Source: Nemertoderma westbladi (Eukaryota > Animalia > Xenacoelomorpha). From it: 64,000 nucleotides of DNA. Below, piece after piece: positions 1 through 13,300 of this stretch (the first letter of the stretch is position 1; every line of letters begins with the position of its first letter). The DNA lies in contig JAUCBJ010008732.1 in NCBI GenBank assembly GCA_032718475.1, forward strand, positions 1-64,000. The letters are read 5' to 3'. A program made the position numbers and the translations under genes. Below the pieces are notes generated by a model. That model saw nothing but the letters and a program-made list of their open reading frames with translations, was not told the origin of the DNA and ran no database searches.

Positions 1-3000
1 GTTTAGGAACGTAATGGTGAGTTAAGTAATACGTTCTTTCAGTCACAGGTGTTTCTTCCGGTACTCTCTCCGCGTATCCCTTACTAATAAATTTTTCCAG
101 CTGTGTTTGATACATTGCTTTAGCTGAAGAATTAGCCGTAAGGCGTCGATGGAGTTGCGCGATTCTTTTTTCCGCCAAAGGTCTGTTATTGATGAACTTC
201 GGTTCTCTCTTGCGAAAAGGTAAACCGACTTCATACCTACCTTGATCTTTGATGAAACGTGTAGTCGTCTCTTGGATCTGCTTGGCCCTTTCCTCTTCCA
301 CTGATAAAGCCTTATCGTAGGAATTGGGCTCTACCGCCTCTTGCGTAAAGAATCGTACAGCATGTTCATCTCGAGTCTTGGCATTACAACGCTCAATGAC
401 GTCATTTAACTCGTCGTTATAAGCTTCTCGTTCAGATGGATAGAGAAGTTGACATAAGTTCACTTGGTTTTGCCAAGCCTCGTTTTCCTTAAGGAGATCG
501 ATGGTATTCTCCTCATCAAAAAGCTGGTGAACGTCGTCATTATCTGAGGAGTATGGAATTCCCTCAGTTGAGTTGTCTCCCTCACTGGTATCATCTTCCC
601 ATTCACTCACCTGGCATACGCTCTCTGGCGGTAGTCTTTCTCTGAGTGTTCTACGGGAAGGGCCAGTAAAGTACCAACCTACTCTAGTTCTTACCGCATA
701 GGTCTGTAGGGGCTGCGGTTGAGCAGGCCGTTTCTCTAACGTCTCCAGCGCCTCATGCGCGTTTTGGCCGATGAGTATTTGCACTCCAGGATAATCAGTC
801 TGGAATCGAGGTATGTTAAGATGTTGGATGCTCTCATCCTCGTCCCAATTATAAAGGTCTGCTTGAGTAGTAGCGAAGTTCTTTATAGCCACCATTTTCA
901 CTGACCTTATGCTGTGTTCTCCTAGTTTGTCCTGGGGGGTGGACAACGCTCCTACATAATAATCAGCTGTTATTGTAGATTTCCAAACTTGCATAATGCC
1001 TGACATGTTGAGCTTAGTTTGGAACTTGGGTTGTCCAGCAAATATATCTTCGGCTAGCTCTTTGTCGATGAATGTTCCTGTACTACCGGAGTCAAGGAGG
1101 GCGTTCACTACATAACTCCTCTCAGGTCCGTGAACCCTTACTTGCACCACAGGAAACTCTCGGATCCCTACATTGGAAGATGGCTCTTTCCAAGATGGTT
1201 GTCGCTCAGAAGTAGTTAGAGTAAAGTCGTTGTCTGTATCTTTTTCATAGGTGAGTGCTCGATACACTGCGGTATTTATCATATAACAGGATTCGTTTTC
1301 GTCGGAGAACTCGTCTGTATAGAATCCTTCCATCTCAGATTGATCAGTGTCGTTCACATCACTGAATTGGACATGTAGCTCGGAATCACTTACCTGATTC
1401 GGACTATTTCGATCGAATTCAGCGTGCAACAAGATATGATGTTTCGCACCACACTTTGAACATCTTATGTCAGAGAAACAGGTTCGCCGTTGGTGTCCTT
1501 GTCTGAGGCAATTGTAACATAACCGCTTATCCCACATGACTTCGCGTCTCTCTGTTAATGATTTCTTTAGAAATTCATCACACCTATTCAAATGGTGGGT
1601 CCCGTCGCACAGCGCACATTTCGGTTTGATGTTACTTACCTTATTTTGAGTCACATTGTGTACACTTGCCTTTTCTTCGGGTTTTCTCACCTGAATTCTC
1701 TTGGGAGACGTGGGAGGAGTTTTTCTTACCTGTTCCCTCCTGTCATTTGTTCGAGACTTGAATTTACTTACCTGATCTTTAGGCATTTTATTCACGTAAT
1801 AAGATCTATCCGTGTCCTTCCCGCTATCTTCTCCTTGAGAAGTCTGGCTTTTGCCGTCATCGGTATAACATACTGGTGTTACCTTTCTCCTAGAGACGGG
1901 TTTTTCACTTACCTTGTTTTCCGGTGTCTTCTCTCTGGACAGTTTCAGGAGCTGTAATTTCACTTCTCCATCTAGGAATGACATGAGATCAGCCATGGTA
2001 GGGTCTCGTCGTTGTTGTTCCATCATATATAACACTTTCTTATCCCAGCGTGTACCTACTCCACCTTTCGGTAAAGTAGAAGCCACTGCTCTAATAACCA
2101 TAGTGTTCTGATACTCATGAGACTTACCTAGCCAATCTAATTGTCTGCAGATCTCCTGGATCTCATCGGAAAACTCGATAATTCCACTACTAATAAACTT
2201 TCGGGGCGCTACTAACTTTGCATATAAGTACCCAGCGATATTATTCCTATTACCATACCTGATGTTTAGTGTATCCCAAACTTGTCTTAATCCGTCTGGA
2301 TGTCCAATAAACTTTAACGCCATTAACTTGGGAGATCCTTCCAAGCACTCGATGAGGTATCTAAGTTTGTCTCCATTAGATAGTACAGAGTTCTGTATGT
2401 TATCTTTGTAATATTCATTAAAAGGTAACCATTTCATCTCATCTCCATTGAACTTGACGATCTCTCCCACCTTTACCGCTTGCCGGGCTTCGGTTCTAGC
2501 CATTTGGCGCGTAAAACTTTCTTGGGCCATCGTGTTATTTAATATCGAATTATCGGTATATAAATTTCTCGGATTATGATCAGTTCTATAGGGAATGTCA
2601 TTATCAACAGGTCTATAATTACCCTTAATAGGGTTCACTATAGGAGTTTCTACTTCGCTAGCAGTATATATGCGTGTAGGTTCCACACCTTGCGCATGCG
2701 ATACTTCAGACCTAACAGGTTGACACATTGTTACAGAGGGTGGTGGTATACCTCTTTGAGTATTTACTAATTTATCGCGCTCTAGCGCGATACTTTGCTG
2801 CACTTCTTGCAACTCTAGCCTACTTTCCCTTACTGTGCCCTTGAACTGCTGGACAGTCTCCTGCATCTGTCCGAGCAGGATATCCATCCCCCGCCGTCTC
2901 TCGTCCACCCATTCGACCGCCGAAGCGGGAGTCGCCAACGTTGTAGCGGGCGGACGAGGGACAACGGGCGACAAATTATGAATATTTCGCTCGGGGTCCA

Positions 3001-4874
3001 GGACCTGAACTGTCCCCTGGGCAGTTCTACGGGGCACAGGTAGCTTAGTGCTATGCAGAGGGAATTTAGAGGTAACTTCAGGGAGCACAGGGGTGTCTAT
3101 CACCGAAGGGGTGATTTCGAGAACAGGCCTAATTATTTCAGGCTCATCTACTATAGTAGGGAGTCTTTCTATTTTAATTATTTGGTCTGTGGGTTCTGTA
3201 CTGCCTAAGTTGGTGCTATTTAGTTGCCTTCTAACAGCTGGAGGCAAATCAGGCAATTTCTGACGGTGGAATGTTCTTTTACGTCTGCTTAGACGAGATC
3301 TATTTCCTTTGCCTTCAGTATCGGTGGTATCGCCTTCCTCAGATGATGTATATCCCTGCCTTTTGGGAGTAGATCGATTCATCATCTGCATATTACTAGC
3401 TGTTAACTGTTTATTTATGCAGTCTTGATTCTCCTGAATGTTTTCTAATTCTAATTGGGTGGTTTCTTCAGTCGCTCTCCGTTCTGCTTCTGCCACTGCC
3501 TCTGCCGCCTTTCTTTCAGCTTCGGCCGCTTTTGCTTCTGCCGCTGCCTCTGCCGCCTTTGCCTCTGCCGCTGCCTCTGCCGCCTTTGCCTCTGCCGCTG
3601 CCGCTTTTGCCTCTGCCGCTGCCTCTGCCGCCTTTGCCTCTGCCGCTGCCTCTGCCGCTGCCGCTTTTCTTTCTGCTTCTGCAGCTACCACTGCTGCTTT
3701 CTTTCTGTCTTCTATACGTTTTTTCTTTACTTGTTCTTCTTGGACTCGTGTCAGGCGGAGTTGTTCATCAAATTTAGCCTGATTCGCAGCCCTCATTTCC
3801 ACATCGATGGCATCCAACACAAGCTTGGTTCCTTCGCTATTAGGGCTAAGTCCATCTAACCTTCTCCTCAGTTCGTCATCACCTAAAAAACGTTGATAGT
3901 CCGACAGATAGATGTCAATGGCATCCCTCTTATGTGGTTTCTCTGCCGTCGCTTCACTTTCCACTTGGGAATAAGTAGCGTCTGTTGATTCTCCATGGGT
4001 TGATCGCTCCTCCAGCTGAGCTTTCCACTGAGCTGTTCCTTGAACCTGGAGATTCACCCGTTGAAACCAAGCCTTTACAGCAACTTGCAACGACGTGTCT
4101 TGTCTTCGTTTAGAAGCCTCCTCAAAGGCCGATAATATTAGCCTGATTCGTAGAATTCTTTCTCTAACTTGATAAAGCAGCAATCCCTGCTCTTGAGGTC
4201 CTTGAGGTTGTTGAAACAGGTTGTTTTAATCGCTCTATAGAGCTGAAGAATCCCTGTGCGTATCCGGCTGCGGACCTCTTCCACACAGCTGGATCGATGG
4301 TTTCCTTGGCTACTCCCATCCGGTGTATGTCTTCCCAGGCAGCTTCTGATAAATCAAATGGGAGTCCGGGTCCGGGGAAGTTCCATTGCGACTCGACAAT
4401 AGACTTCAGTTCTTCACTCGTGTATCCCGCGTAACTATCTCTAGTTGACCGTTGACTTCTCGCCCAATCGATCTGGTGTTCTTCCACCGCGATCAATAAC
4501 CTAGTGAGTACGGCTGCAGGAAGGATGAGAAGGGGATCCGTATAAACCGCATCCGTCATCTCTGCTCCGCGCTCGGGTGTCAGCTCTACAGTATCCTCAC
4601 TACTGGAGCTGCTGGGCCGCTGAGGAATAAGTCCTTGACTCGCGGGTTGTTGCTGTTCCGCTGCTTCTTGGTCCCGCTTGACTTGAGCTCGGGTGCCTAT
4701 GATAGACCTACGATGTTGGACTAGCCTAGGTTCTGTTATTACTACTGGAGGGATGACCTTCCTCACAGTGGGAGGTGAACTGAACTTACGACTAGGTGGT
4801 TCTACGCCTCTATCTGAGTCGCAGATAGTTACATCTAATATACTGTCTGACAGGTTCTGCTTAGTATCAGACAT
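1..4874 (-). pseudogene. BEL-1 gag-pol with a frameshift at ~4225
   Basis: ORF 4164-4874 matches the BEL-2 Gag N-terminus up to ERL. A 2-nt deletion relative to BEL-2 (gagcgattaaaacaacctgttt vs gagcgattggaagaacaactgttt) shifts the frame. The downstream frame continues through gag, protease and a BEL RT N-terminus (RYEVGLPF...KGYAERV...YYLTHH) to the window edge. Confidence 0.88.
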
Positions 4875-4984
4875 GTTTATGTATACAGTTGAATGTCTAC
4901 TGCTGTATCACAGTCTGAGCAAGTCTAGTAACTCAGTATTAACTGCTAGCCTAGTAATTAATTACCGGTACTGCTACTCAGTGT

Positions 4985-7085
4985 AGCGTGATATATAATA
5001 TATTAGAATACCGGTATGCTTATAGTATATAACTATTATTACAGACTAGGTTTATCACCGAATACCGGTATAATTTTAGCACAAATATATATAAATATAT
5101 AATAGGCCTATCGTGGATACCGGTATGCAGTTTACACTTATAGTGTATATATATAAGTATAATTACAGACTAGAATTAATTACAGAATACCGGTATGATT
5201 TCAACCTAAAATTTATAGAAATAAATATAATAAGCCTATTGTAAATACCGGTATGTCAATTATTTTAGAATAATTGAATTTCTGAACTTTAGGGTTACTT
5301 GGTTACTTTAACTTACTTTATTACCGTTATTTAAGCAGTAGTCCAACTGATATTGAGACCTAATTGTTATATGGTAGGCCTACTATTTATAAATCGTTAG
5401 ATTTGATTTATAATATATATATACCCGTTTTAATGGGTTTAGTCAATGTTTGAAATAAATGTTATTATTTCTGGGGGTAATCACTACACAAAGCGGTGCG
5501 CTTTCAGTGAAGTGTTACTTATAGGACACTAAAACAAATGATTCTAATTTACCTAAGTTACTTAATACTACAAATTACGTACAATTCGGGTGAGATTACA
5601 ATCTCTAAATAAACACAAAAATTTACAAAAACGCAAATACGAATTTCAGGGTAATTTTACAAGAAGTCTACAAACCAGCCTAACAAAGGGTTAGAATTCT
5701 GGTTATTACAACGGACAGGGTACTACGGTATTTGAAATAATAAGTAGTAGTAAATACACTGCGTTGTCCAGATAGAAAAATACCACCGCCTGACGACCTA
5801 TAGCCGTATCGCTATAGGTTCTACGTTATGTATCACGGAGTGTTCCTACCTAGAAGTTAATAGAGCTAATCGAACGTGCCTATCAACCACTTTATAACAC
5901 AAATATAATGTCTACACTAATTACTTCGGAAAGTACTGTACACTAAACCCTAAATTAGGTACGAGTACTTGTACAACAGATAATCAGTAGTTAAATATAC
6001 TTGAACAGCTAAAAGAACCACGGCATCTGCTGGAGTGACCGATGCACAAAATCACCAGTCTTTACCTACGCCAAGCAGCCCGTGTAGTACCGGGGTTAAT
6101 TTAACTATAGCGGTATGTATAACAAACACAATTACTGTAGGAACAAACTTGGGGAATGAATGTTGCGAATAATCGCATAAACTCTGAATAATAAATATTA
6201 CGCTACGCGTACAAACTACTCAAACAAAATGCAGACCGAACACTGACAGACTACTATCAAGCCTAAACAAACTACGGTATATGCAGACTCCGAAATAATT
6301 AGGTAGTATGCGTTCTAACCCAGTAGTACGACTTATTCTTTAATTGGGGGTTTACCTTACAGCATTCGCTGCCCCTACTTCCTAACCGTTCTTTATCGGA
6401 CAAATGATCTACACACGCTGCAATCCGTTCAGACCTAATAACAGCCAGACAACTATCCAGCCTACAAATTATCTAAATAAAATTATACGCTACCCGTACA
6501 GACTTACACAAACAAAGTACAGACTAAACGATGGCAGACTACTCTCAAGCCTAAATAAACTACAGGACATGCAGACTCCGAAATGATTAGGGAGTATGCG
6601 TTCTAACTCAGTAGTACGACTTATTCTTTAGTTGGGGGTTTACCTTACAGCATTCGCTGCCCCTACTTCCTAACCGTACTTAATCGGACAGGTGATCTAC
6701 ACACACTGCAATTCGTTCGGACTTAACAGCAATCAGACAACAGCTCAGCCTACAAATTGTCTGTACAATCTGATCAGGCTTACACGCCTTCTGTTCAATA
6801 CTGGCCTACAAATAAATAAAACTTGACAGAAATAAGTAAACCATATAAAGGAATAAGGGGTGATCAATCCCTAATCCCTTAACAGCCTACCGGTATGCAA
6901 CAATCAAATCGAATAATACTAGTGTACTTATACGGAAGTACCGGTTAGGACAGCTAGGCCTACGGACCTACAGAAGTACCGGTTCTGGCAGTTGGACCTA
7001 CGGACCTACGGCAGTACCGGTTCTGGCAGTTGGGCCTACTGACCTACAGATGTACCGGTTCAGGTTTACCGGTTGACCGGTACTT
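4985..7085. repeat. Repeat-rich 5' leader of BEL-1
   Basis: Recurrent gaataccggtatg units (~5000-5260), a ~290-bp direct duplication (~6190-6770) and ~40-bp gacctacagaagtaccggttctggcagttgg units (~6935-7085). The same architecture occurs in BEL-2 (25200-28930). Confidence 0.75.
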
Positions 7086-7116
7086 TCAACTTTATTGCTT
7101 ACTGCAACAAAGAAGC

Positions 7117-7128
7117 TATATCCTTTAA
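7117..7128 (-). promoter_or_regulatory. Non-tRNA primer-binding site of BEL-1 (sense TTAAAGGATATA)
   Basis: Abuts the LTR end (...GCGCGAACA), has no TGG, and is the perfect reverse complement of LTR segment 7910-7921. Confidence 0.7.
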
Positions 7129-8364
7129 TGTTCGCGCTTTCAGACCTTTGGCAGTTTAACCCGCCAAATTAAGATGTCTTCTAGATATTAAATCGCTTTT
7201 TAGCCTATGACAAGTATTTGATTCACTACACTAGTCGAAACCAATCTGTGCGCGATCATTCACCCGCTGGATATTCCCGGGAGATTGGGTTCGACGGTTT
7301 AATTTTATTGCTATGTAAGCCTAATGTATTATTCGACTGACAGTATTATATTATCTCTGACAATATTATTCACCTTCGGGAATATTAACAGTTCCTTTAG
7401 GACGTGGCGCTTTATCTATATAAACAGAGTTATGACTTAAACTACTCACAACGATATGGCTTAATTATAATTCACATATATGGCGCATTCTTTAGGAATT
7501 GCTTCTTTAACAGACTCACTCATACACAATGCTGCACAATACTGCACACTAATCTGCCAATCTTCACTGATTTTAGTCACATATAAAAGGAACACAGACT
7601 GACTCATGTAGGGTCTATCAAATAACATTAGATTCACTTCAAACCACTTTAACATAAGTCACAATCGTTATTGGTAACTTTTCTCTCTTACCTTCGGTAT
7701 ATCAAGAATATTGGGTTTTCGGGGTTATTTCTCGTTATTCCAATATAATAATTCATCAACAAATATAATGAATAACCGACAACAAATAGCAGTATACAGT
7801 ATCGATTGAGCAGGTAAATTTTAGCAGTTTCAGCAGTTATTAAAAGCCGTGTGTCAGCAGGTATTATGCAGCAGTGACTACTGCAGTTATTCAAGTGATT
7901 AAAAGCCAGTTAAAGGATATATGTCCTTATAATTAAACCTACTAGTGTTGGACTAAAAAGCAGAAAAACACAAAACACTACAAAGCCGTTCTTTCGTGGC
8001 TTTGAAAAACTCGTGACTACTGCACTATACGAGGATACCAACTACCCTTATTCCACGAAGCTCCCGTTCAACACAGAGAAAGAGCAGTGAGATAGGAAAA
8101 TTTCAGTTCAGTAGCTCTGTGATAGGTCAAAATCAAGGCTAACTCAAATTCTATTGGGAGATACAAAAACAAGGCTATGACGCAACCTTCCTAGGCTAGT
8201 TGGCCGATTAAACAGAGCCCAGATGCCTGCGTACAGCAAATCAGCCAATAAGCTGGTAGCTTGCACTATTTTAGCTATAAATCCCCTTGAGAGTATTCTA
8301 GCGACCGGGGGGGGGAACTGGCTAACAAGGCAAACGAATCAGTTATCCCACAAAAGCTTTTACA
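7129..8364 (-). repeat. 5' LTR of BEL-1 (1236 bp)
   Basis: Sense termini TGTAAAAGC...GCGCGAACA are identical to those of the BEL-2 LTRs, and similarity to the BEL-2 LTR pair has the same boundaries. Confidence 0.9.
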
Positions 8365-10889
8365 CACTGTATTATTGTAAAATATTAATGAAATTGCCTG
8401 TAATGGATGAAACTTGTCATTTTTCGTACCATTTTTGACAATTGCAAAATTTTATAAACCTTGCCAATGAAATCAGCACATTCTAAAACCTCAGTAGCCT
8501 AACTATGCGACCAATTTACCACTTTTGGCTATTTTACAATTTTGAGCTACTTGCACTTTTGGTGCTGTTTTAGTGTCTATTAAAAATAAAAGATTCAATT
8601 TTGCTTCTAATCTCACTTTCGATTACTAATAATGAATTTAACAAACCAAAAAGGCATAGTATGGCTGTACCAAAGTCTTTGAAGGGTGGTGTACAGTATT
8701 TTGAGAATTTTTTCAATTCCGAAAGGTGCTGATATGGCATGGGTGCCAGGAACTCCTCATATCTCGAAAACTACTGGAGCTATTAAATTTTTATTTGACT
8801 CACCTGAAAGAGGACATAATTTTAGTTAGGGACAAGTACTTTCGACGAGCTAGACCTACTATTTCAGGGATTATAACTAAGAGAAATAACTGGCCCACTA
8901 AATTTAGGGGCTTTGCAGCAGCTTAGCGGGTCGTATCTATAGTAGGTCATGCCTTCACCATGGTTTGGGAGGTCTCTTGTGAAGAACTCAGAATTCACAA
9001 AGGGAAGCCTGGTCTGCCAGTGCTATCCACAAGCTAGCAGGATCTGGAAGAGTTGTGATCTAGATTACGATCATTGAAGGTACACCTTTTTCCGTACAGC
9101 AGTAGAGCCTACAGTACTGTATACTGATCTATGCATCCCACGCGGGACTCTAACTGCTGAAAACAACAGTTCTCTATTATACCAGGATGCTACGCAGGGT
9201 GCACAACCTTGCCTGCTTTGACGCACACATAAGCAATTGGGTGTTATACAACTATTGCAACATTTCATTGCAAAAACCAAGTATCTATCACCCTTCAGAG
9301 ACGACGCCTGAAGCTTGATAGACACTGTTTCCGGCGGCAGGATCAACCTGTACACAACCTTGTGCTGTGGCAGCCCGCTGGTTTAGATTATAATTATTAC
9401 CATAACTATAAGTAGGCCTAGCATTTCAAGCAAACGTAGTTCTCCAGATATCAAGTAAAGGTTCATATTATTACACTAAAATATGGCTAAAAATGTTTAC
9501 AAAATTAAGTTGATAGGTCGGGTAAAAATTGTACTGTCAAATAAAATACTGTCAATGTCGAATTAAGATATTGGGTGAAAATTGTACTGTCAAATAGAAA
9601 TACATAAAATTTAAATTGAATTAAAAGAAAATTGAATTGATACAATTATTAGATCCAATAATAGAAAATACTAATATCAGTTCACAAAATAATAATAATA
9701 ATAATAATTTTATAATTTGTTATTATACAGTATATATATACTGTATATATCAACTTGTCAGTCTAGGCCTACTGACTTTACAACCATTGACTTATTCAGT
9801 ACTGCAGTAGGTGTTAAGCACCAAATCTTAAAAACTAAAAAAGACATTATCTTTACCGGCATCAAACTGGTCAGTCCAAGTGCTAAATCAAATGCCTTTT
9901 TATGCGATTAGACCCGTAATAGTGGACAGTATTCTTAGGTAGGCCTATAGATGAGCATTGTTTGTTTTGCAAAGATGGTATTACTAATCCAGGCCACATT
10001 GGATATCCATCTTCTTTAGCCATTACAACGAGAGAAAGCCGCCCCAATATTAGATTATTACAACAACATATCCATTGGGTAAGAAAGTGGAGGAGAGCCA
10101 GCCCGTCTCTTAATTTTTTACTTTATATTACGCGATCAATTTTCACTCATCTCGTCATGAACCCAACATGTATGTAACCTTTTGTTAAATTTGTTGGCTA
10201 TGCGTTTGCGGTTGTTTGGGCGGAGTGTGGTAGGCCTACACTTTTCACACTTAAATATTTTGGTTGTGAAATGTTACAGGGCATAGCGATCTGAGATATT
10301 TCATTTATATTTTATTATGAGAGGAAGAAGAACATACAACGTTATTTACTATGTAACAAAATAATTGTTTTCGGGTATAACTTGGAAGCCTCCCCAAATA
10401 GTTGATATACAATTATATTTAAAATTATTTCCATGGTCATGGTCATTCACCCGTCTTTAGTTAGAAATTTGTTTGCATGAAAGACAGTTTAGTTTAGTTT
10501 TTACTGATTTATTATCTCTTATCTGACTGGGGTAATAATAAAGGATAGGATAAATGGAAGCAAAGTGTGACAGTAACAAATATTTCCCCGTCACTCTAGC
10601 ATGTCTTAAGTATATGATATATCAAAGGGGGAAGTTTGGATTCACTGCATAAATGCAGTTCACCAAACTTCCCCCGAATGCACACTGTAACTTCCCCCTT
10701 CCCACAAATATCCACTGTTGAATTAATTTGAAGTGATATAATAAGTACAAAATTGTGCGAGTTTTTTATTGTGTGGTCCAATTGTTATTTGATTTCTATT
10801 TATTATTTAAAGTGCATTTAATATCACACTGGTTTTTAGAATATTATACTATACAACCTTATGTTTTATTAATTTACCCAATCGAAGCC

Positions 10890-12950
10890 TCATAAGGGCC
10901 GGTTATTTGTACGCATATCCCCTAATGCGCTCAGTAAGGTTCAAACAACATATTAATATGAAAATAAAGTATCTGCAAAGAAAAGAACCCAATACTATAT
11001 AATTTGACCTTATTAAAAAATTTGCACTTTTGCACACTTATTTGTACAAATGCACTTTAGCAGATCGTAGTGGTGGCTCTTATTTAACAAACTTATGTTT
11101 ATCCTCTACCGATCTACGATTGTGTATGATCAAGTGTCAGTCGCTAAAAGTGTCAAAAATCCAATTTAATAAATCTGGATTTGCGATTTTGGACCACATT
11201 TATGGACATTTTAAGTCACTTTATAGACATAAAAAGTTAAACAAATGTTACGATTATAGTTAGAAATCATTCCAAACTACATTTTAATCCAAAAAATAAC
11301 ATTCTACGATGAATAGAACTGGAAATAATAGTGTTTGAAATATCGAAAAAATGTTCACTATTTAAGTGCATTTTGCACTAAGTGCACATAAGTCTTTTCC
11401 CAAGTTTTATCCTATTTCACACACTACAATCTATCCTCTATCCAATGAAAAAAGTTTCAGATTAAACGGCCCTGTAGAACCGAAGTTATTTATGTTTAAA
11501 AATAGTCACTCGAAAATTTCAAATTCTCTTGGTCACATAGTCTAGTGGTTATCAATCACGTTAATGAAACCTAAGTTCGCGGGTTCGAAATCCAATATTG
11601 ACCTGACCATTCTTAATTTTTTTGCAAAAAAAATTATTTTTATTTTTTCACTAAAATCGCTCTAACTTCGGTTCTGGTGGTCCAAATTCAATAAAATTGG
11701 TATATTCTTTGCCGTAATTTTTTTCTTAATCTTTTGAGAAGGGGTTATTTTTGGCCCCAAAAAAATTAAAAAAAAGGGCCAAAATAACGCGATATTTTTC
11801 GACCCTTAAAATTCGTAATTTTAATTATATATGTTAAGATAAAAGATAGCGGAGTTAATTTGATACTTTTTACAGGTACTTTTGGCGCAATACGCTAAAT
11901 TATAATGGAATAGCGATTTGTTAAAAAAAAAAAATTTTCGTCCCTTTTTATAAATAATATATTTCACACGATCGCCTGCCGCTCCAGTTTTATAATACCT
12001 CCGGCGCTGTGATTAACGCTGTTAGATAGATAATTTAACGCACTATAAGTCTGTGTAAACAAATATCCCGTAAGTTAAGTAGTTTTCGAGCTAGACGATT
12101 TCCCGCGAAGCAGGTTTGAAGCGCGAAATTATAATTTTGGCCCTCATTTTTTTAATATCATCCTTGGAGCAAAACCGAATGCATATTTGAATTCCCCGTA
12201 TAGATATTGACTGTATAGAATGTACCTTAACCAACTAAAGTTAAAAATAAAAAATTATTCGATAAAAACTACTTTACAAATTCTGGCCCTTTTTGGCCCC
12301 TATTGCCGACATATTTTTTGTACCCCCATTCGATAGGAACGTAGCCCCAATGGTCTTCTACGAGTTTCATAAAAGAATTAGTGGATTCCTACCCGCGTTG
12401 TCGAATTAAACATTTCGGAAATAAGTTTTCCAAAAAAGACGGACAAAAACGTACAAATTTACAGCCCCTTTTTCCACCCGAAATTTTAATAAATATCTTA
12501 CCCCCATTCGATACGAAGGTAGTACCACTCTTCCCCTTTCCAACCGCGTTACTTTCGTCCCCGTACGATTAATATTAGCCGAGTTATAGCGGATCCCGCA
12601 AAGTCATTTTGTCCGTTTTTTCAACTTTGACGGACATTTTCGGAAAAAAGGCGTGGTAATCTTTTTTGAAAAAAAAACGAATTCACTAATTAATGCCTTC
12701 TATCGTATCCCGGCGTCGGCTAAGCAATAACCTAGGGTTTTTTCGAGCCACTGTAGAGCGCCTTTCAAAAAATTTTTAAAATTGTCGAAAAAATGACGGT
12801 TTTTTGTCCGCCGTGTCCGTCGAAGGGTTAGACTTAATAATGTTAGAGTTGCTAATATCTTAGAATTCCGAGCCGCTCCCCTGGTAAGAAAATAAAAAAA
12901 TTTGGTCAGTTCCTTCATCGAAAAGTCCCCCAGAATCCCAAGTTAACCTA
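10890..12950. mobile_element. Probable non-autonomous DNA-transposon remnant(s), family unassigned
   Basis: Non-coding, with A/T runs and internal inverted repeats (agaaccgaagtta ~11476 / taacttcggttct ~11663) typical of MITE-like elements. Termini and TSD not resolved. Confidence 0.35.
11531..11593 (+). repeat. tRNA-derived (SINE-head-like) sequence
   Basis: A-box-like tagtctagtgg and B-box ggttcgaaatcc at tRNA-like spacing; no complete cloverleaf. Confidence 0.45.
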
Positions 12951-13139
12951 TATAGTTAGCGATGGCCTGCGGCTTTAGGAGCGGCCGCGGTATTCACCTC
13001 CCTCATAGCGGCCGCGGCGGTGTTGCGTCAAATGGAGAAATATTTATCCCACCAAGTCCTGGTTTGAACGGATTTTCGCGTGAGCTTGTCATTACAGGTT
13101 CTATGTTGTATTTCATAGGTTTGATTTGTAAATGTGAGT

Positions 13140-13300
13140 TATTTGTAGTTGATTTTGAAAGGGAAAGATTGATGAAAGCTGGATTGGTTCGGTCTATCGA
13201 AATCTTTTGAGTCCTTCCTTTTATTTCAACTGTTACAGTTTTTTTTTCATCGCGTTCTAGAACAGCATATGGACCAGTATATCGATCACTGAGTGAAGAT
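13140..13300 (-). pseudogene. Ty3/Gypsy integrase C-terminal (GPY/F module) fragment
   Basis: ORF 13003-13356 contains DRYTGPYAVLERDEKKTVTVEIKGRTQKISIDRTNPAF. Confidence 0.7.

Larger units (their letters stand above)
1..8364 (-). mobile_element. BEL/Pao LTR retrotransposon BEL-1 (5' part; continues beyond the left edge)
   Basis: 5' LTR at 7129-8364, a ~2.2 kb repeat-rich leader, then gag (triple Cys/His knuckle), protease ALLDSGSTGTFI and the start of RT. Colinear with and clearly homologous to BEL-2. Confidence 0.93.

Noticed and set aside
3438-3859. Ala-, Cys- and Leu/Pro-rich + strand ORFs (also 23511-24056)
   Set aside because: They are antisense shadows of the Gag AEAERK repeat.
4164-4240. 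Programmed ribosomal frameshift in BEL-1 gag
   Set aside because: The homologous BEL-2 region is in frame and there is no slippery heptamer; this is a simple 2-nt deletion or a sequencing error.
8960-9360. Cys-rich CXC-like fragment (MKCCNSCITPNCLCVRQ..CAPC), possibly a transposase remnant
   Set aside because: Too short and degraded to assign.
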